A stretch of DNA of 64,000 nt from Isurus oxyrinchus (taxonomy: Eukaryota). Position 1 is the stretch's first letter. Each line of letters starts with the position of its first letter. The notes beneath the pieces are model-generated. The model searched no databases, was not told the origin of the DNA, and saw only the letters and a program-made list of their open reading frames with translations. A program made the position numbers and the translations under genes. Location: the NCBI GenBank assembly GCA_026770705.1, contig JANJGN010000021.1, forward strand, positions 98,952,001 through 99,016,000. Reading direction: 5' to 3'. Positions 23,249-36,789 of the stretch are shown here, piece after piece.

Positions 23249-23567
23249 NNNNNNNNNNNNNNNNNNNNNNNNNNNNNNNNNNNNNNNNNNNNNNNNNNNN
23301 NNNNNNNNNNNNNNNNNNNNNNNNNNNNNNNNNNNNNNNNNNNNNNNNNNNNNNNNNNNNNNNNNNNNNNNNNNNNNNNNNNNNNNNNNNNNNNNNNNNN
23401 NNNNNNNNNNNNNNNNNNNNNNNNNNNNNNNNNNNNNNNNNNNNNNNNNNNNNNNNNNNNNNNNNNNNNNNNNNNNNNNNNNNNNNNNNNNNNNNNNNNN
23501 NNNNNNNNNNNNNNNNNNNNNNNNNNNNNNNNNNNNNNNNNNNNNNNNNNNNNNNNNNNNNNNNNNN
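23249..23567. other. Assembly gap (N run)
   Basis: 319 Ns. Confidence 1.
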
Positions 23568-24606
23568 TATATCTGTGTGAGTGTATGAGTGTCTGTCTGT
23601 TTGTCTGTGTATATTTAACTAACATAGATATCCAAATAATGAACATTGTATCTTTCAGCTGGATTTTCACTCCCGAGGTGGACAGAGTGAGCCGGAAAAA
23701 TTCCCACTTCCGGCACCCACCTTGGGAAAGAGTTCCCCGTCAGAGCTGATTTTCATTGTGAGGAAGGGGCAGGTACAGGGTGGAGTCAGGTCACAGTGGC
23801 CGACGAGTGCTGAGTTGCACTGCGTAAAAGGCCTGGCTTGGTCCTCTGGGACTTCGTCACAGCTGTGTTGATAAAAAATAGCTCGTCCCCACCCATCCCC
23901 CGACTAGTTCCTCCAAGACAATTTATGCCAACCCATACCAACTCACATGTCCCACCTACTCCCATGGTCCCCTAATACCCCCCATGCCAACTCATCCCTT
24001 CCCATCACCTCACCCCCAAGGCCCCTCATACCCTCCATGCTCATTCATCCCCTCCAGCCACCCCATCCCATGGCCCTCATACACTCATGTTAATTTTTCT
24101 CATCCCACCACCCCTCCACCATGGCCCCTCATACCCTCCATGCTACATCATGGCACTTCTATGGCCCTTGACCCATTCTGTACAATGCCAATGAACCCTA
24201 CAGTAACAACGTCATGTGTGGAACTGCTTTAAAAAAACCCACCCAAATATCATTTTCTTTTAAAAAATACCATTGCAACAGCTCCAGAAAACTGTCAATC
24301 AACCAGACCTTTAAAATGTCAATAACAGAAGCAATAAGCATCTGACACCACTTTATCCTTTTTAAATAAACATTCAGTCATTGACAAAAGAAATCACAGA
24401 AAATTGGTGAAATTAATGATTTAATTAAGGTATTAAAGATTAATGGTACGTTCTAGGTGGTAAAGACTAAAGGTATATATGGGGGTAATGATTAATAGTC
24501 TTTTTAAGATCATAAATATGAATGATATAGTTAACTAGTTAACAGTAATCATATATTTAAGGTGGCAAAGACGAATGGTACATTTAAGGTAAATAACGGG
24601 GTGTTT

Positions 24607-24955
24607 TAGGGGAGATGGTGGTGTGCTGGCATTGTCACTGGACCCATAATCCAGAGGCCCAGGATAATGCTCTGGGCACAGGGGTTCAAATCCCATCGTG
24701 GCAGCTGGTGGAGATAAAATTTACTTTGTAAAACCTGGAACTGAAAGTTATTCTCACCAATGGTGACCATGACAACTATCACTGATTGTTGTAAAAACTC
24801 ATCTGGTTTACTCATGTCCATTCGGGAAGGAAATCTGCCATCCTTATCCGGTCTGGCCAACAGGTGACTCTAAACCCACAATGTGATTGACTCTGAAATG
24901 GCCGAGCAAGTCACTCAGTTCAAGGCCAATTAGGGGTGGGCAACAAATGCCAGGA
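24607..24955 (+). mobile_element. tRNA-derived SINE ending in the 3' tail of the LINE family at 37455 and 46370
   Basis: Box B GGTTCAAATCCC; tail CAAGGCCAATTAGGGGTGGGCAACAAATGC. Confidence 0.75.
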
Positions 24956-25565
24956 ATTAATGGTACATTTAAGGTGGTATGGATTAATGATATATTTAAG
25001 GTGGTAAAGATTAATGGTGTATTTAAGGTGGTATGGATTAATGATATATTTAAGGTGGTAAAGATTAATGGTGTATTTAAGGTGGTATGGATTAATGATA
25101 TATTTAAGGTGGGAACGGTTAATGGTGTATTTAAGGTGGTAAAGATTAATGGTGTATTTAAGGTCGTATGGATTAATGATTATATTTAAGGTGGGAAGGT
25201 TAATGGTGTGTTTAAATTGGTATGGATTATGGTATATTTAAGGTGGTAAAGATTAATGGTGTATTTAAAATGGTAAAGATTAATGATATATTTAAGGTGG
25301 TACAGATTAATGGTGTGTTTAAGGTGGTAAAGATTAATGATATATTTAAGGTGGTAAAGATTAGTGGTGTGTTTAATGTGGTAAAGATTAATTATATATT
25401 TAAGGTGGTAAAAATTAATGGTGTATTTAAGGTGGTAAAGATTAATGGTGTATTTAAGGTGGGAAAGATTAATTATATATTTAAGGTGGTAAAGATTAAT
25501 GGTGTATTTAAGGTGGTAAAGATTAATGATATATTTAAGGTGGTAAAGATTAATGGTGTATTTAG
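24955..25565 (+). repeat. 27-bp AT-rich minisatellite (ATTTAAGGTGGTAAAGATTAATGGTGT)
   Basis: About 22 copies; degenerate copies at 24410-24600. Confidence 0.9.
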
Positions 25566-25737
25566 GTAGATATTGCCTGAGTGCATGTTGGCTGTGGCAT
25601 TTCCCACACTGCAAGAGCGATGGTAATTCATGTACTTTTGAGAGAGTGAAAGGCATTATATAAATGCATGTCTTCTGTCGTTTCTGTCTTTCTGCTGAGG
25701 TGTGGGCAGTTCCACCTGCCAGGTCCAACACTATTTG

Positions 25738-25775
25738 TCACTGCAGACTGGGCACTGACTGACGGATGGATTGAA
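25738..25775 (-). CDS. Gene C putative terminal cytoplasmic exon (IQSIRQSVPSLQ*)
   Basis: Pyrimidine tract TTTTTGTCTCTAAG acceptor; in phase with the preceding exon; ends in TGA. Tentative. Confidence 0.4.
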
Positions 25776-26213
25776 CTTAGAGACAAAAACATCAACCACA
25801 AGAAAATTGAAATTCACTCACTGAAACACATGCAGCTGGAACAGAGACATCAGAAGCTGAGGAAATAAAAGCAGAACATGAGAAATTCAGTCAAATATTA
25901 AATATTTTATCACTTGCTGGGCCCAGGATTCAATCACCTCCCAGCATTAAATAAACACAAAGTAAATGACCACAGAGGAAGTGGAGGGTGATGGGGAAGA
26001 GGGTGAAGGAGTGGACGGTGAAGAGGAGGTGGGTGAGGGAATAGTCAATACGGGAATGGAGGGTGAGGGAGAGGAGGGTGAGAGAGTGCAGGGTGAGGGA
26101 CAGGAGGGTGAGGTTCCCCCTGTGTAACCCTGAGTTACTCCCAGGAAAATGTAATTCTACAACTTTCAATCCCATCTATTTCATTCCCAACAATCTGTCC
26201 CTCAGTCACTTAC

Positions 26214-26246
26214 TCTGAGCTGTTGTGTAGGTCACACTTGGTGAAT
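26214..26246 (-). CDS. Gene C cytoplasmic exon (DSPSVTYTTAQ)
   Basis: 33-nt exon between TTCTGCAG and GTAAGT; carries a YxxA motif like class I exon 6. Confidence 0.8.
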
Positions 26247-26567
26247 CTGCAGAAGCAAAATAAATGTCAGTTAGAATGGGGAATAATCCATTATCTAAGA
26301 GTGAGAACCCAACAGGTTGAGGGAATGGAGATTGTGTAAGAAATACTCATTCCCACACTCCCCTCCATCCTTACAATTTATGGAGATCCTGTCGATCTCT
26401 TCCATTCCATCGATATTCAGTAGGTAAGGATGTGAGTGTGTGTGGTGGGTTTAATGATCAATATTAGACCTGGTCTGGGCTCATCACACAAAGGAAGGTC
26501 AGACAGGGAACAAGACGTGTTTATATGTGTGTATCTGTGTGTGGGAGTTAAATCAGTTCCATTCAAC

Positions 26568-27080
26568 ACAGTGTCCTGTACTCCCAGTACTGGAGATCCC
26601 CCCACACTCACTCTGTCTCCTCAGTTCCACATTCCCCTCTCTCTCACTCTCCCCTCTCAGTGTCCTGTACTCCCAGTACTGGAGATTCCCCCACACTCAC
26701 TCTGTCCCCTCAGTTCCACATTCCCCTCTCTCTCACTCTCCCCTCTCAGTGTCCTGTACTCCCAATACTGGAGATTCCCCCACACTCACTCTGTCCCCTC
26801 AGTTCTACATTGCCCTCTCTCTCACTCTCCCCTCTCAGTGTCCTGTACTCCCAGTACTGGAGATTCCCCCACACTCACTCTGTCCCCTCAGTTCTACATT
26901 CCCCTCTCTCTCACTCTCCCCTCTCAGTGTCCTGTACTCCCAGTACTGGAGGTTCCCCCACACTCACTCTGTCCCCTCAGTTCTACATTCCCCTCTCTCT
27001 CACTCTCCCCTCTCAGTGTCCTGTACTCCCAGTACTGGAGATCCCCCCACACTTACTCTGTCCCCTCAGCTCTACATTCC
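26568..27080 (+). repeat. 89-bp tandem repeat in the intron after the TM exon of gene C
   Basis: About 5.7 near-identical copies of CAGTGTCCTGTACTCCCAGTACTGGAG... Confidence 0.9.
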
Positions 27081-27096
27081 TATCTCAGATTCTCAC

Positions 27097-27216
27097 CTCT
27101 GCTTTGCCATTTCCAAATGATTGTTCCGATTATCCCAAATATAGCAAGCAGTGCTGCGATCACGAGTCCAATTATAATCCCAAGTTGTGAGTGTCCCACA
27201 CCGTTTTCTGGGATTT
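27097..27216 (-). CDS. Gene C connecting peptide/transmembrane exon
   Basis: 120 nt with AG/GT borders; EIPENGVGHSQLGIIIGLVIAALLAIFGIIGTIIWKWQSR. Confidence 0.9.
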
Positions 27217-27659
27217 CTGAAACACATTGGAATAATACCAGGATTATATGTCTGTTATGGGTTCATTCCCAGTGGATTAATCAGGGACAATTTTAACCAA
27301 AACATCTGATTGGGAATTGATGGGATTAATGAGGACATGATGGTATTGGTTGAATATACCTTCTGCAAGTCCATCTGGACCAGATCCACAGACACTCCCT
27401 TATCCACCATCTTACTGAGCTCCTCATGAAATTCAATGAGATGAGTCCCATTCACAAATCCATCCTGTCTCTCTTTGATCAGCTGATCCTTGTCTAAACG
27501 TCTGGAACTCAATCTCTGGACATTTGTGGAGACTTTTTTGGAGCTGGATTCTCTCATTTATTTCCTGTGTTGACCATGGTGGGTTCACTGCAGTAGTTTA
27601 GGACTAAGTCCTGCTGTTGGATTGTACCGAGTACTTCTTCTGAACTGGTTATTGTCCTG

Positions 27660-28210
27660 GTCTTACTGCATTTGAACATGGACTGCTTCAGTATCTGAGG
27701 GTTCTTGAATGGTGCTAAACATTGGGTAATCTTCAGTGAACATCCCCACTTCTGACCTTATGAAGGAAGGGAATTAAAGAAGCAGCTGCAGATGGCTGGG
27801 CCGAGGACCTATCCTGGGGGATCTTCTGCAATGATGTCCTGGAGCTGAGATGACTGACCTCCAACAACCATCGTCCTTTCCGCTCGATATGACCCCAACT
27901 AGTGGAGAGTTTTCCCCCTGATTCCCATTGACTCCAGTTTTGCTAGGGCTCCTTGATGCTACACTGGGTCAAATGTTGCCTTGATGTCAAGAGCAGTCAC
28001 TCTTACCTCACCTCTTGAGTTCTGCTCCTTTGTGAATGTTTGGACTGATGCTGTAATGAGGTCAGGATCAGAGTTCCCCTGATGAAACCCAAACTGAGCA
28101 TCTGTCAGCAGGTTTTTGCTGTATAACTGCCACTTGATAGCACTGTCAAAACCCCTTCCATCACGTTGCTGATGTTTGAGAGCAGACCAATAGGGCAGTA
28201 ATTGGCTGGA
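27660..28210 (-). mobile_element. LINE RT fragment (same family as 21330-23248)
   Basis: Nucleotide similarity to 22130-22680. Confidence 0.75.
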
Positions 28211-30546
28211 GTGGAATCGTCCGGCAAGGTTTTGTTACAAGCCTTGGTTTTCCATTGTAGAGTGAGGAGAGAGAGAAGCTTGTGAAATACCTCCCTTATA
28301 GCAACAGTGCCTTGCAGTAATATTACTGGATGTTTTATAGATTAAAAATCTATAAAGAACTGTTGCCTGGAAAAGGATGTTTATTTGAAAGTCCAGCTAA
28401 GTAGGAATCTTTTGGGAAATGCTGGAAGACTAAATTTAGCTGTGTAACTGAAATCTTTTGTGTTTAAGTTTTCTTTTCTTTTGTTTATAAATGTTTTAAT
28501 TTAATATTTAAAATCTCCAAAAGCAGCAGTGGGATCTTTACCTCTGACTTCAGTACATACACCTTCTCATAATAAATACAAGTTGCAAATCATTGTGCTG
28601 GCTTGACCAAGTTTGCCTTTGGGATTTGGTCAGTCCGGCAATTACCAGCTGCCCTATCAGAGCATCTTCTTCGTAAATAACTGAGATCTTGGATTTCTTC
28701 AAGTCAAATAAAAGTTACTGCTCTCTACCGAGATGGTAACAAAGTTAGTGAGCGGCCTGGGTTTTTTACAACAATCCTGTTGCTTCATGGTTATCATACT
28801 AAAACTAGCTTTTAATTCCATATTTATTAAATAAATTTAAATCCCTGCAACTGCTGTGGTGGGATTTGAACTTGTGTTCCCCAGAGCATTAGCCTGGGCC
28901 TTTGGATTACTTAGGCCTGTAACATCTGGAACAAGACAGTGTAGCCTTAAAATTAGAGCGAGGTCATTTTGGAGCAGAAGCAGAAAGCACTTCTTTACAA
29001 AAAGGGTAGTGGAAATCTGGAACTCTCTCCCTAAATCTGTGGATGCCGGGAGAATAGGGGGGATGGGGAGGTGTCAATTGAAATGATCAATACTGAGATG
29101 GGGAGATTTCTGTCGAGAAGGGCAGCAAACAGATATGGAACAATAATGCGTAATGATATCACACATCCACACAAACATAGACACACTTACGGACAGGAGA
29201 GAGATAGGAAAACTGAACACATTTCCTCTTCCCACCTGTCCACAAACAGTAGGTGTTTTAAATTAGTTAGAACTTATTAGGTGGCGTCGTTTCCCAATCC
29301 CCTGGATTTTCTGATCCAATTTACCAACAATCTGCAGCAAACTCACATTATGACTAACTCAGAAGGTTAGTTTAATTCACATTCAGGAAGAAACCCAGGG
29401 AAGGAGTGTCCACAACTGCCCACTCCAAACACACACACACATGCAGGTGCAATCACACACACGAACCACACACACCTGCACATATACAAACACGTGCACA
29501 AACACACACACGCGTGCATACACACACACACACACATACACACACCATACAAACACACGCATACATACACATGCACAGTAAATGGAGGATAGAAGATAAG
29601 ATTTTTATAGTACAAGAACCACTGAAATTAATATTAGTTCACGTGATTTCCAGAGCCCATGGGGCAAAGTCCAGAGGGCGTTTCCTTTGTGGGTTCAGTT
29701 CTGATTAGTTTCTGGTTTGAGATAACAAGACATAAATCCTTGAAATAAACAATGCTGCAGCACTCTGGGCTTCTGCGCTTACACCGCTTGGCAGGCATCG
29801 ATCAGAGATTTTTAAAATCAAGCAGGCTTTGGGGGCTGGAGAGGTGGTAACTGACTGGAATCCTGTCCAGTGGATGTTAAACAGCAGCCTGAGGATTTCT
29901 CAGTTCTCAAAGAAATATATGGATTTCAAAATGGTCCCTCAAGTCATGTGACCTTCTTCCTCCTCAATGACTTGAAAAGGGACTTTTACCCAGTGCCAGG
30001 AACTGGCTTTGATTTCAGGACTGATTATGACCCAGTCCTTAGTTATTGAAAGGTTTACCATCCCTATTGAGGGTCTGGTGTTGGGAAGCCATTGTCTAAG
30101 CAGACTCACTGACTCCACTAGCAAGGTCAGCTTAGCAGACACAAAAACCATCTTTGTTCCCCCTTTGAAATGGGCCTGGACAGTCTCAGGTGTGACATGA
30201 GTGCGTCAGCAACTCTGTAAGCTCGACGAGTTCTAATGTGTGAGTCTCCTGGACTTTTGGGATTACAAGGGGTCTGTACAATGAGATATGAGATTCCACA
30301 GCTGAGAAAATAATTCTTTTGTTCTTGTAACTTCTGGGGGAGGGGAGTTGTTGCGGGGTAGCTCCCAGACAAAGAGGCAATACTGTGGTCATGTGACCGA
30401 GAGCAGCCATCGTTTATTAGTTCATCAGAAAGTCCATTTTTTTAAAACTGTAAAAGAATAAAGTTCTGGATTTCTTTTCATGTCCCAGAGACCCAGCACA
30501 CCCACCCACCCACACACCCACACACACACACACTACAGTTCCTTAC

Positions 30547-30825
30547 CCCACTGATAGAGCTTGCTCTCTGCCACGCTGCTGTGTTCAATTTGACAGGAGT
30601 ATTGATCCTCATCCCCAGCATTTATTTCAATCTCTTTCTGGATCTGATGGGTCCCATCGTGGTTGGGTCGAACCCCCGAAGATAGTGTCTCAGACATTAC
30701 CTCTCCATTCCTTAGCCAGCTCACCTCGATGTCTACAGGATAAAACCCAGTAACCAGGCAGGAGAGAGTGAGCGGCTTGTACTGACTATTGGGGTCACTT
30801 CTGGAGATGAACACTTCAGGCTGAA
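30547..30825 (-). CDS. Gene C alpha3 exon (Ig C1-set)
   Basis: 279 nt, open: VQPEVFIS..LSCLVTGFYPVDIEVSW..RPNHDGTHQ..YSCQIEHSS. Confidence 0.95.
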
Positions 30826-30942
30826 CTGTAATGGGAAAGGGTGAAAACACAAACAATAGACAGACACTGAATGGAATGGGAGAACACTTTCATAGACCAG
30901 TGAAGTTAGATCAGAACATGGGAACAAAACTAAAGTAAATAC

Positions 30943-31217
30943 CTCTTCTTCTGAGATATTCCTTTCCAACTTGTAAATATTTCTTTAAGAGGCCAATGAG
31001 TTCTTCTTCCAACTGCCATTCCCAATGCTTGTTCCAGGATTCATCCAAATTCCATTTCTCTTTTATCTTCACTGCATTGGGATTAGTTGCGACCATCTCA
31101 TTCTGTCTGGCTCTAAACTAATATAGTCGTTCCCATCAAATCCAAACCGCATCAATCTCTGAACAGAGCCATCTTCAGTGACGTTGACAGTCCTTATCCA
31201 TTGTAGGATGTGAAATC
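30943..31217 (-). CDS. Gene C alpha2 exon with a 1-bp deletion at about 31093
   Basis: 275 nt versus 276 in B; GFHILQWIRTVNVTEDGSVQRLMRFGFDGNDYISLEPDRMRW / VATNPNAVKIKEKW..LLKKYLQVGKEYLRRR. Confidence 0.9.
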
Positions 31218-31529
31218 CTGTCAGTAACAAAACAGAAATCAGCAATCAATAATTCACTGCTTGTTAGAAACGCCTTCTTGCAATTCAGACAGGACAATTT
31301 CAGTGGAACCCACTTGGTAAGGAAATTGACAGGGCAATGTGCAACACTGGTCCAACATCCCGTTAGATTTTACACTAAATTGAAGCTAGCAGAGAACAAC
31401 ATGGAATGTGGTGCAAATCCAGCTTTCCACTCAGTCCGTTAGCTTGATGGTCTAATGCGTTATGTTAAAATTACTGCAGTTTTGGGAAATAATCACACAG
31501 GAGAGAGTTACAAACTGATTCTGGCCACA

Positions 31530-34500
31530 GTCTGATCAAAGGGAAAGGGGATCTAGTATCAGAAAGGAATGAGGGATTAGAGTCACAGTCTGATCTGAGT
31601 GGAGAAGGGATCTAGAATCAGATAGAAATGGGAGATAAGAGTAACAGTCTGATCAGAGAGGAAAGGAGATCTAGTATCAGATAGGAATGGGGGATTAGAG
31701 TCACAGACTGATCGGGGGAAAGGGTATCTAGTATCAGGTGGAAATGGGGGAATAGAGTCACAGTCTGATCAGAGGGGAAAGCGGATCTAGTACCAGATAG
31801 AAATGGGAGATTAGAGCCACAGTCTGATCAGAGGGGAAAGGGAAACTAGTATCAGATAGAAGTGGCGGATTAGAGTGACAGTCTGATCAGAGGGGAATGG
31901 GGATCTAGTATCAGATAGAAATGGGGGATTAGACTCACAGACTGATCGGAGGGGCGAAGGGATATAGTATCAGATAGAAATGGAGGATTAAAATCACAGA
32001 TCGATCAGAGGGGAAATGAGACCTAGTATCAGATAGAAGTGGGGGATTAGAGTCACAGACAGATCAGTGGGGAAAGGGGATCTAGTCGCGGAAAGGAATG
32101 GGGGATTAGAGTCACAGTCTGATCAGAGGGGAGGCGGGATCTAATATCAAATAGAAATGGGGGGTTAGAGTCACAGTCTGATCAGAGGAGAAAGCAGATC
32201 TAGTATCAGACAGAAATGGGGGATTAGAGTCACAGTCTGATCAGAGGAGAAAGGGTATCTAGTATCAGATAGAAATGGGGGATTAGAGTCACAGTCTGAT
32301 CAGAGGAGAAAGGGTATTTAGTATCATAAAGGAATGGGGGATTAGAGTCAAAGTCTGATCAGAGGGGAAAGGGGATCTAGTATCAGATAGAAATGGGGGA
32401 TTAGAGTAACAGTCTGATCAGAGAGGAAAGGAGATCTAGTATCAGATAGAAATGGGGGATTAGAGTCACAGTCTGATCAGAGGGGAATGGGGATCTAGTA
32501 TCAGACAGAAATGGGGGATTACAGTCACAGTCTGTTCAAAGGGGAAAGGGGATCTAGTATCAGAAAGGAATTGGGTTTTGAGACAAAATCTGATCAGAGG
32601 GGTAAAGGGATTTACTATCGGATAGAAATGGGGGGTTAGAGCCACAGCGTGTTCAGAGGGGAAAGGGTAACTTGTATCAAATAGAGATGGGGGATTAGAG
32701 TTATAGTATGATCACAGGGGAAAGGTGATCTACTATCAGATAGTAGTGGGGGATTAGAGTCAGTGACAAATCAGAGGGGAAAGGAGATCTAGTATCGATA
32801 GAGAAGGGGTTTAGAGTCACAGTCTGATCAGAGGGGAAGGGGATCTAGTATCAGAAAGGAATGAGGGATTAGAGTCATAGTCTGATCTGAGTGGAGAAGG
32901 GATCTAGTATCAGATAGAACTGGGAGATTAGAGTGACAGTCTGATCAGAGAGGAAAGGAGATCTAGTATCAGATAGAAATGGGGGATTAGAGTCACAGTC
33001 TGACCAGAGGAGAATGGGTATCTAGTATCAGAAAGGAATGGGGGATTAGAGTCAAAGTCTGATCAGAGGAGAAAGGGGATCTAGTTTCAGATAGAAAAGG
33101 GGATTAGAGTCACAGTCAGGTCAGAGGCGAAAGGTAATCATGTCAGATAGGAATGGGGGATTAGATTCACAGTCTAATCAGAGGGGAAAGGAGATCTAGT
33201 ATAAGATAGAAATGGGAGATTAGAGTCACAGTCTGATCAGAGGGGAAAGGGGATCTAATAGCTGATAGAAATGGGGGATTAGGTTCAGTGTCTGATTAGA
33301 CGGGAAAGGGGATCAAGTATCAGATAATAATGAGGGATTATAGTCACAGTCTGAGCAGAGGGCAAAGGGGATCTAGTATCATAGAAATGGGGGATTAGTG
33401 ACACAGTCTGATCAGAGTGGAAAGGGGATCTAATATCAGAGATAAATGGGGGATTAGAGTCAATGTCTTATTAGAGGGTCAAGGCGATCTTGTATCAGAT
33501 AGTAGTGGGGGATTAGAGTCACAGTGTGATCAGTGGGGAAAGGGCATCGAGTATCAGATAGTAATGGGGGATTAGAGTCACAGTGTGATCAGAGGGCAAA
33601 GGTGATCTAGTATCAGATAGAAATGGGGCATTAGAGTCACAGTTTGATCAGAGGGAAAAGGGGATCTAGTATCAGATAAAAACGGGGACTGGAGTCACAG
33701 TCTGATCAGAGTTTGAAGGGGATCTAATATCAAATGGAAATGGGGGATTCGAATAACAGTCTAATCAGAGGGTAAAAGGGGTCTAGTTTCAGATAGAAAT
33801 GGTGGATTCGAGTCACAGTCAGTTCAGAGTGGAAAGAGGATCTAGTATCAGATAGGAATGGGGGATTAGAATCAGTCTGATCAGAGGGGATGGGGGGTCT
33901 AGTATCAGACAGAAATGGTGGGTGAGAGTCACAGCCTGATCTGAGGGGAAAGGGGATCTAGTATTAGATAGAAATGGGGGATTAGAGTCAGTGTCTGATC
34001 AGAGGGGAAAGGGGATCTAGGTATCAGAAAGGAATGGGGGATTAGAGTCACAGTCTGATCAGAGGGCAAAAGGGATCTGTTATCAGATAGAAATGGGGCA
34101 TTAGAGTCACAGTTTGATTAGAGGGGAAAGGGGATCTAGTATCAGATAGAAATGGGGGATTGGAATCACAGTCTGAGCAGAGTGGAAAGGGGATCTAATA
34201 TCAGATAGAAATGGGGGATTTGAGTAACAGTCTAATCAGAGGGGAAAGGGGGTCTAGTTTCCGATAAAAATGGGAGATTAGTGTCAAAGACAGTTCAGAG
34301 TGGAAAGGTGATCTAGTATCAGATAGGAATGGGTGATTAGAATTAGTCTGATCAGAGGGGAAGGGGGGTCTAGTATCAGATAGAAATGGTGGGTGAGAGT
34401 CACAGCCTGATCTGAGGGGAAAGGGGATCTAATATTAGATAGAAATGGGGGATTAGAGTCAATGTCTGATCAGAGGGCAAAGGGAATCTAGTATCAGATA

Positions 34501-36545
34501 GAAATGGGGCATTAGAGTCACAGTTTGATCAGAGGGGACAGGGGATCTAGTATCAGATAGAAATGGGGGATTGGAATCACAGTCTGAGCAGATTGGAAAG
34601 GGAATCTAAAATCAGATAAAATTGGGGGACTAGAGTAACAGTCTAATCAGAGGGGAAAGGAGGTCTAGTTTCAGATAAAAATGGGGGATTAGAGTCAAAG
34701 ACAGTTCAGAGTGGAAAGGGGATCTAGTATCAGATAGGAATGGGGCATTAGAGTCACAGTTTGATCAGAGGGGACAGGGGATCTAGTATCAGATAGAAAT
34801 GGGGGATTGGAATCTGTCTGATCAGAGGGGAAGGGGGTGTAGTATCAGATATAAATGGGGGGTTAGAGTTACAGTCTGATCAGAGAGGAAAGGGGATTTA
34901 GTATCAGAAAGTAATGGGGGATTAGAGTCACAGTTTGATCAGAGGGGAAAGGAGATATAATATTCGATAAATATGGGAGATTAGAGACACAGTCTGATCG
35001 GAGGGGGGAAAGGGATATAGCATCAGATAGAAATGGGGTATTGGAGTCACAGTCTGATCAGAGGGGAAAGGGCATCGAGTATCAGATTGAAATGGGGGAT
35101 TAGAGTCACAGTTTGATCAGAGGGGAGAATGGGATCTAGTATCAGATAGAAATGGGGGGCTAGAGTCACAGTTTGTTCAGAGGGGAGAATGGGATCTAGT
35201 ATCAGATAGAAATGGGGGGCTAGAGTCACAGTCTGATCAGATGGGAAAAGGGATCGAGTATCAGATAGAAATTGTTGATTAGCGTCACAGTCTGATCAGA
35301 GGGGAAATGCGATTTCGTATCAGACACGAATGGGGGATTAGAGTCACCGTCAGATCAATGGGGAAAGGGGATCTAGTTTCAGATAGAAAAGGGGATTAGA
35401 GTCACAGTCTAATCAGAGGGGAAAGGAGATCTAGTATAAGATAGAAATGGGGGATTAGAGTCACAGTCTGATCAGAGTGGAAAGGGGATCTAATAGCTGA
35501 TAGAAATGGGGGATTAGAATCAGTGTCTGATTAGATGGGAAAGGGGATCTAATATCAAATAGTAATGAGGGATTAGAGTCACAGTTTGATCAGAGGTGAA
35601 AGGGGATGTAGTATCAGATAGTAATGGGGGATTTGAGTCACAGTCTGATCAGAGGGGAAAGGAGATATAATATCAGATAAAATGGGTGATTAGAGTGACA
35701 GTCTGATCAGAGGGGAAAGGGCATCGAGTATCAGATAGAAATGGGGGATTAGAGTCACAGTCTGATCAGAGGGGACAAAGGGATCTAGTATCAGATATCA
35801 ATGGGGGATTGGAATCACAGTTTGATCAGAGGGGAAAGGGGATATAGTATCAGATAGAATTGGGCATTAGAGTCACAGACAGATCAGAGGGGAAAGGGGA
35901 TCTAATATCAGATAGAAATGGGGGTTTAAAATCACATTCTGATCAGAGAGGAAAGGATATCTAGTATCAGATAGAACTAGGGGGTTAGAGTCACAGTCTG
36001 ATCAAAGGGGAGAGGAGATCTTGTATCAGAATGTAATGGGGGATTAGAGTCACAGTCTGATCAAAGTGGAAAGGGGATCTTCTATCAGATAGAAATGGGG
36101 GGCTACAGTCACAGTCTGATCAGAGGGAAAAGGTATCTAGTATCAGAAAGGAATGGGGGATTAGAGTCATAGTCTGATCAGAAGGGAAAGGGGATCTAGT
36201 ATCAGATAGAAATGGGGGATTAGAGTCACCATCTGATCAGAGGAGAAAGGAGATATAATATCAGGAAAATATGGGGGATTAGAGCTCCGAGTCTGATCAG
36301 AGGGAAGGAAGTGATCTCGTATCAGATAGAAATGAGGGATTAGAGTCACAGTCTGATCAGAGGGGAAAGGGGATCTAGTATCAGATAGAAATGGGGGATT
36401 GGAGTTACAGTCTGATCAGAGGGGAAAGGGGATCTAGTATCAGATTGAAATGGGGGATTGGAATCACAGACAGATCAAAGGGGAAAGGGGATCTAGTAAC
36501 AAATAGAAATGGGGGATTAGATTCACAGTCTGATCAGAGGGATGA
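31530..36545. repeat. 59-bp satellite array in intron 2 of gene C
   Basis: Unit AGTCACAGTCTGATCAGAGGGGAAAGGGGATCTAGTATCAGATAGAAATGGGGGATTAG; about 85 copies from span divided by unit length. Confidence 0.95.
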
Positions 36546-36789
36546 AGGGGTCATGTTTGCGATTGGTACAAGGACAGGGGGAGGGATTTGGTCATTGGGG
36601 TTAAAAGAAAACTATGGTGATCACGTGAGAAAGAGATGCATATCACAGAATCACAGAATCACGCAGTGCAGAAGAGGCCCTTCGGCCCATCGTGTTTGCA
36701 CCGACACATGAGAACACCTGACTTACCTACGTAATATAGGGTTAGTCTCTGTCTCCAAGTAGTGCTCAGGCTATTCAGACAAATAAGAG

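Noticed and set aside
23146-23670. ORFs spanning the N run
   Set aside because: Artefacts of translating the assembly gap.
26214-26246. VTYTTA as an ITIM
   Set aside because: Y+3 is Ala, not Leu/Val/Ile; it fits the ordinary class I YxxA motif.
25186-27296. Repetitive ORFs (INLYHLKYT and SQCPVLPVLEIPP repeats)
   Set aside because: Products of the 27-bp and 89-bp tandem repeats.
31530-36545. CACAGTC in the satellite as V(D)J recombination signal heptamers
   Set aside because: No ACAAAAACC-like nonamer at 12 or 23 nt, and no V/D/J segments nearby.
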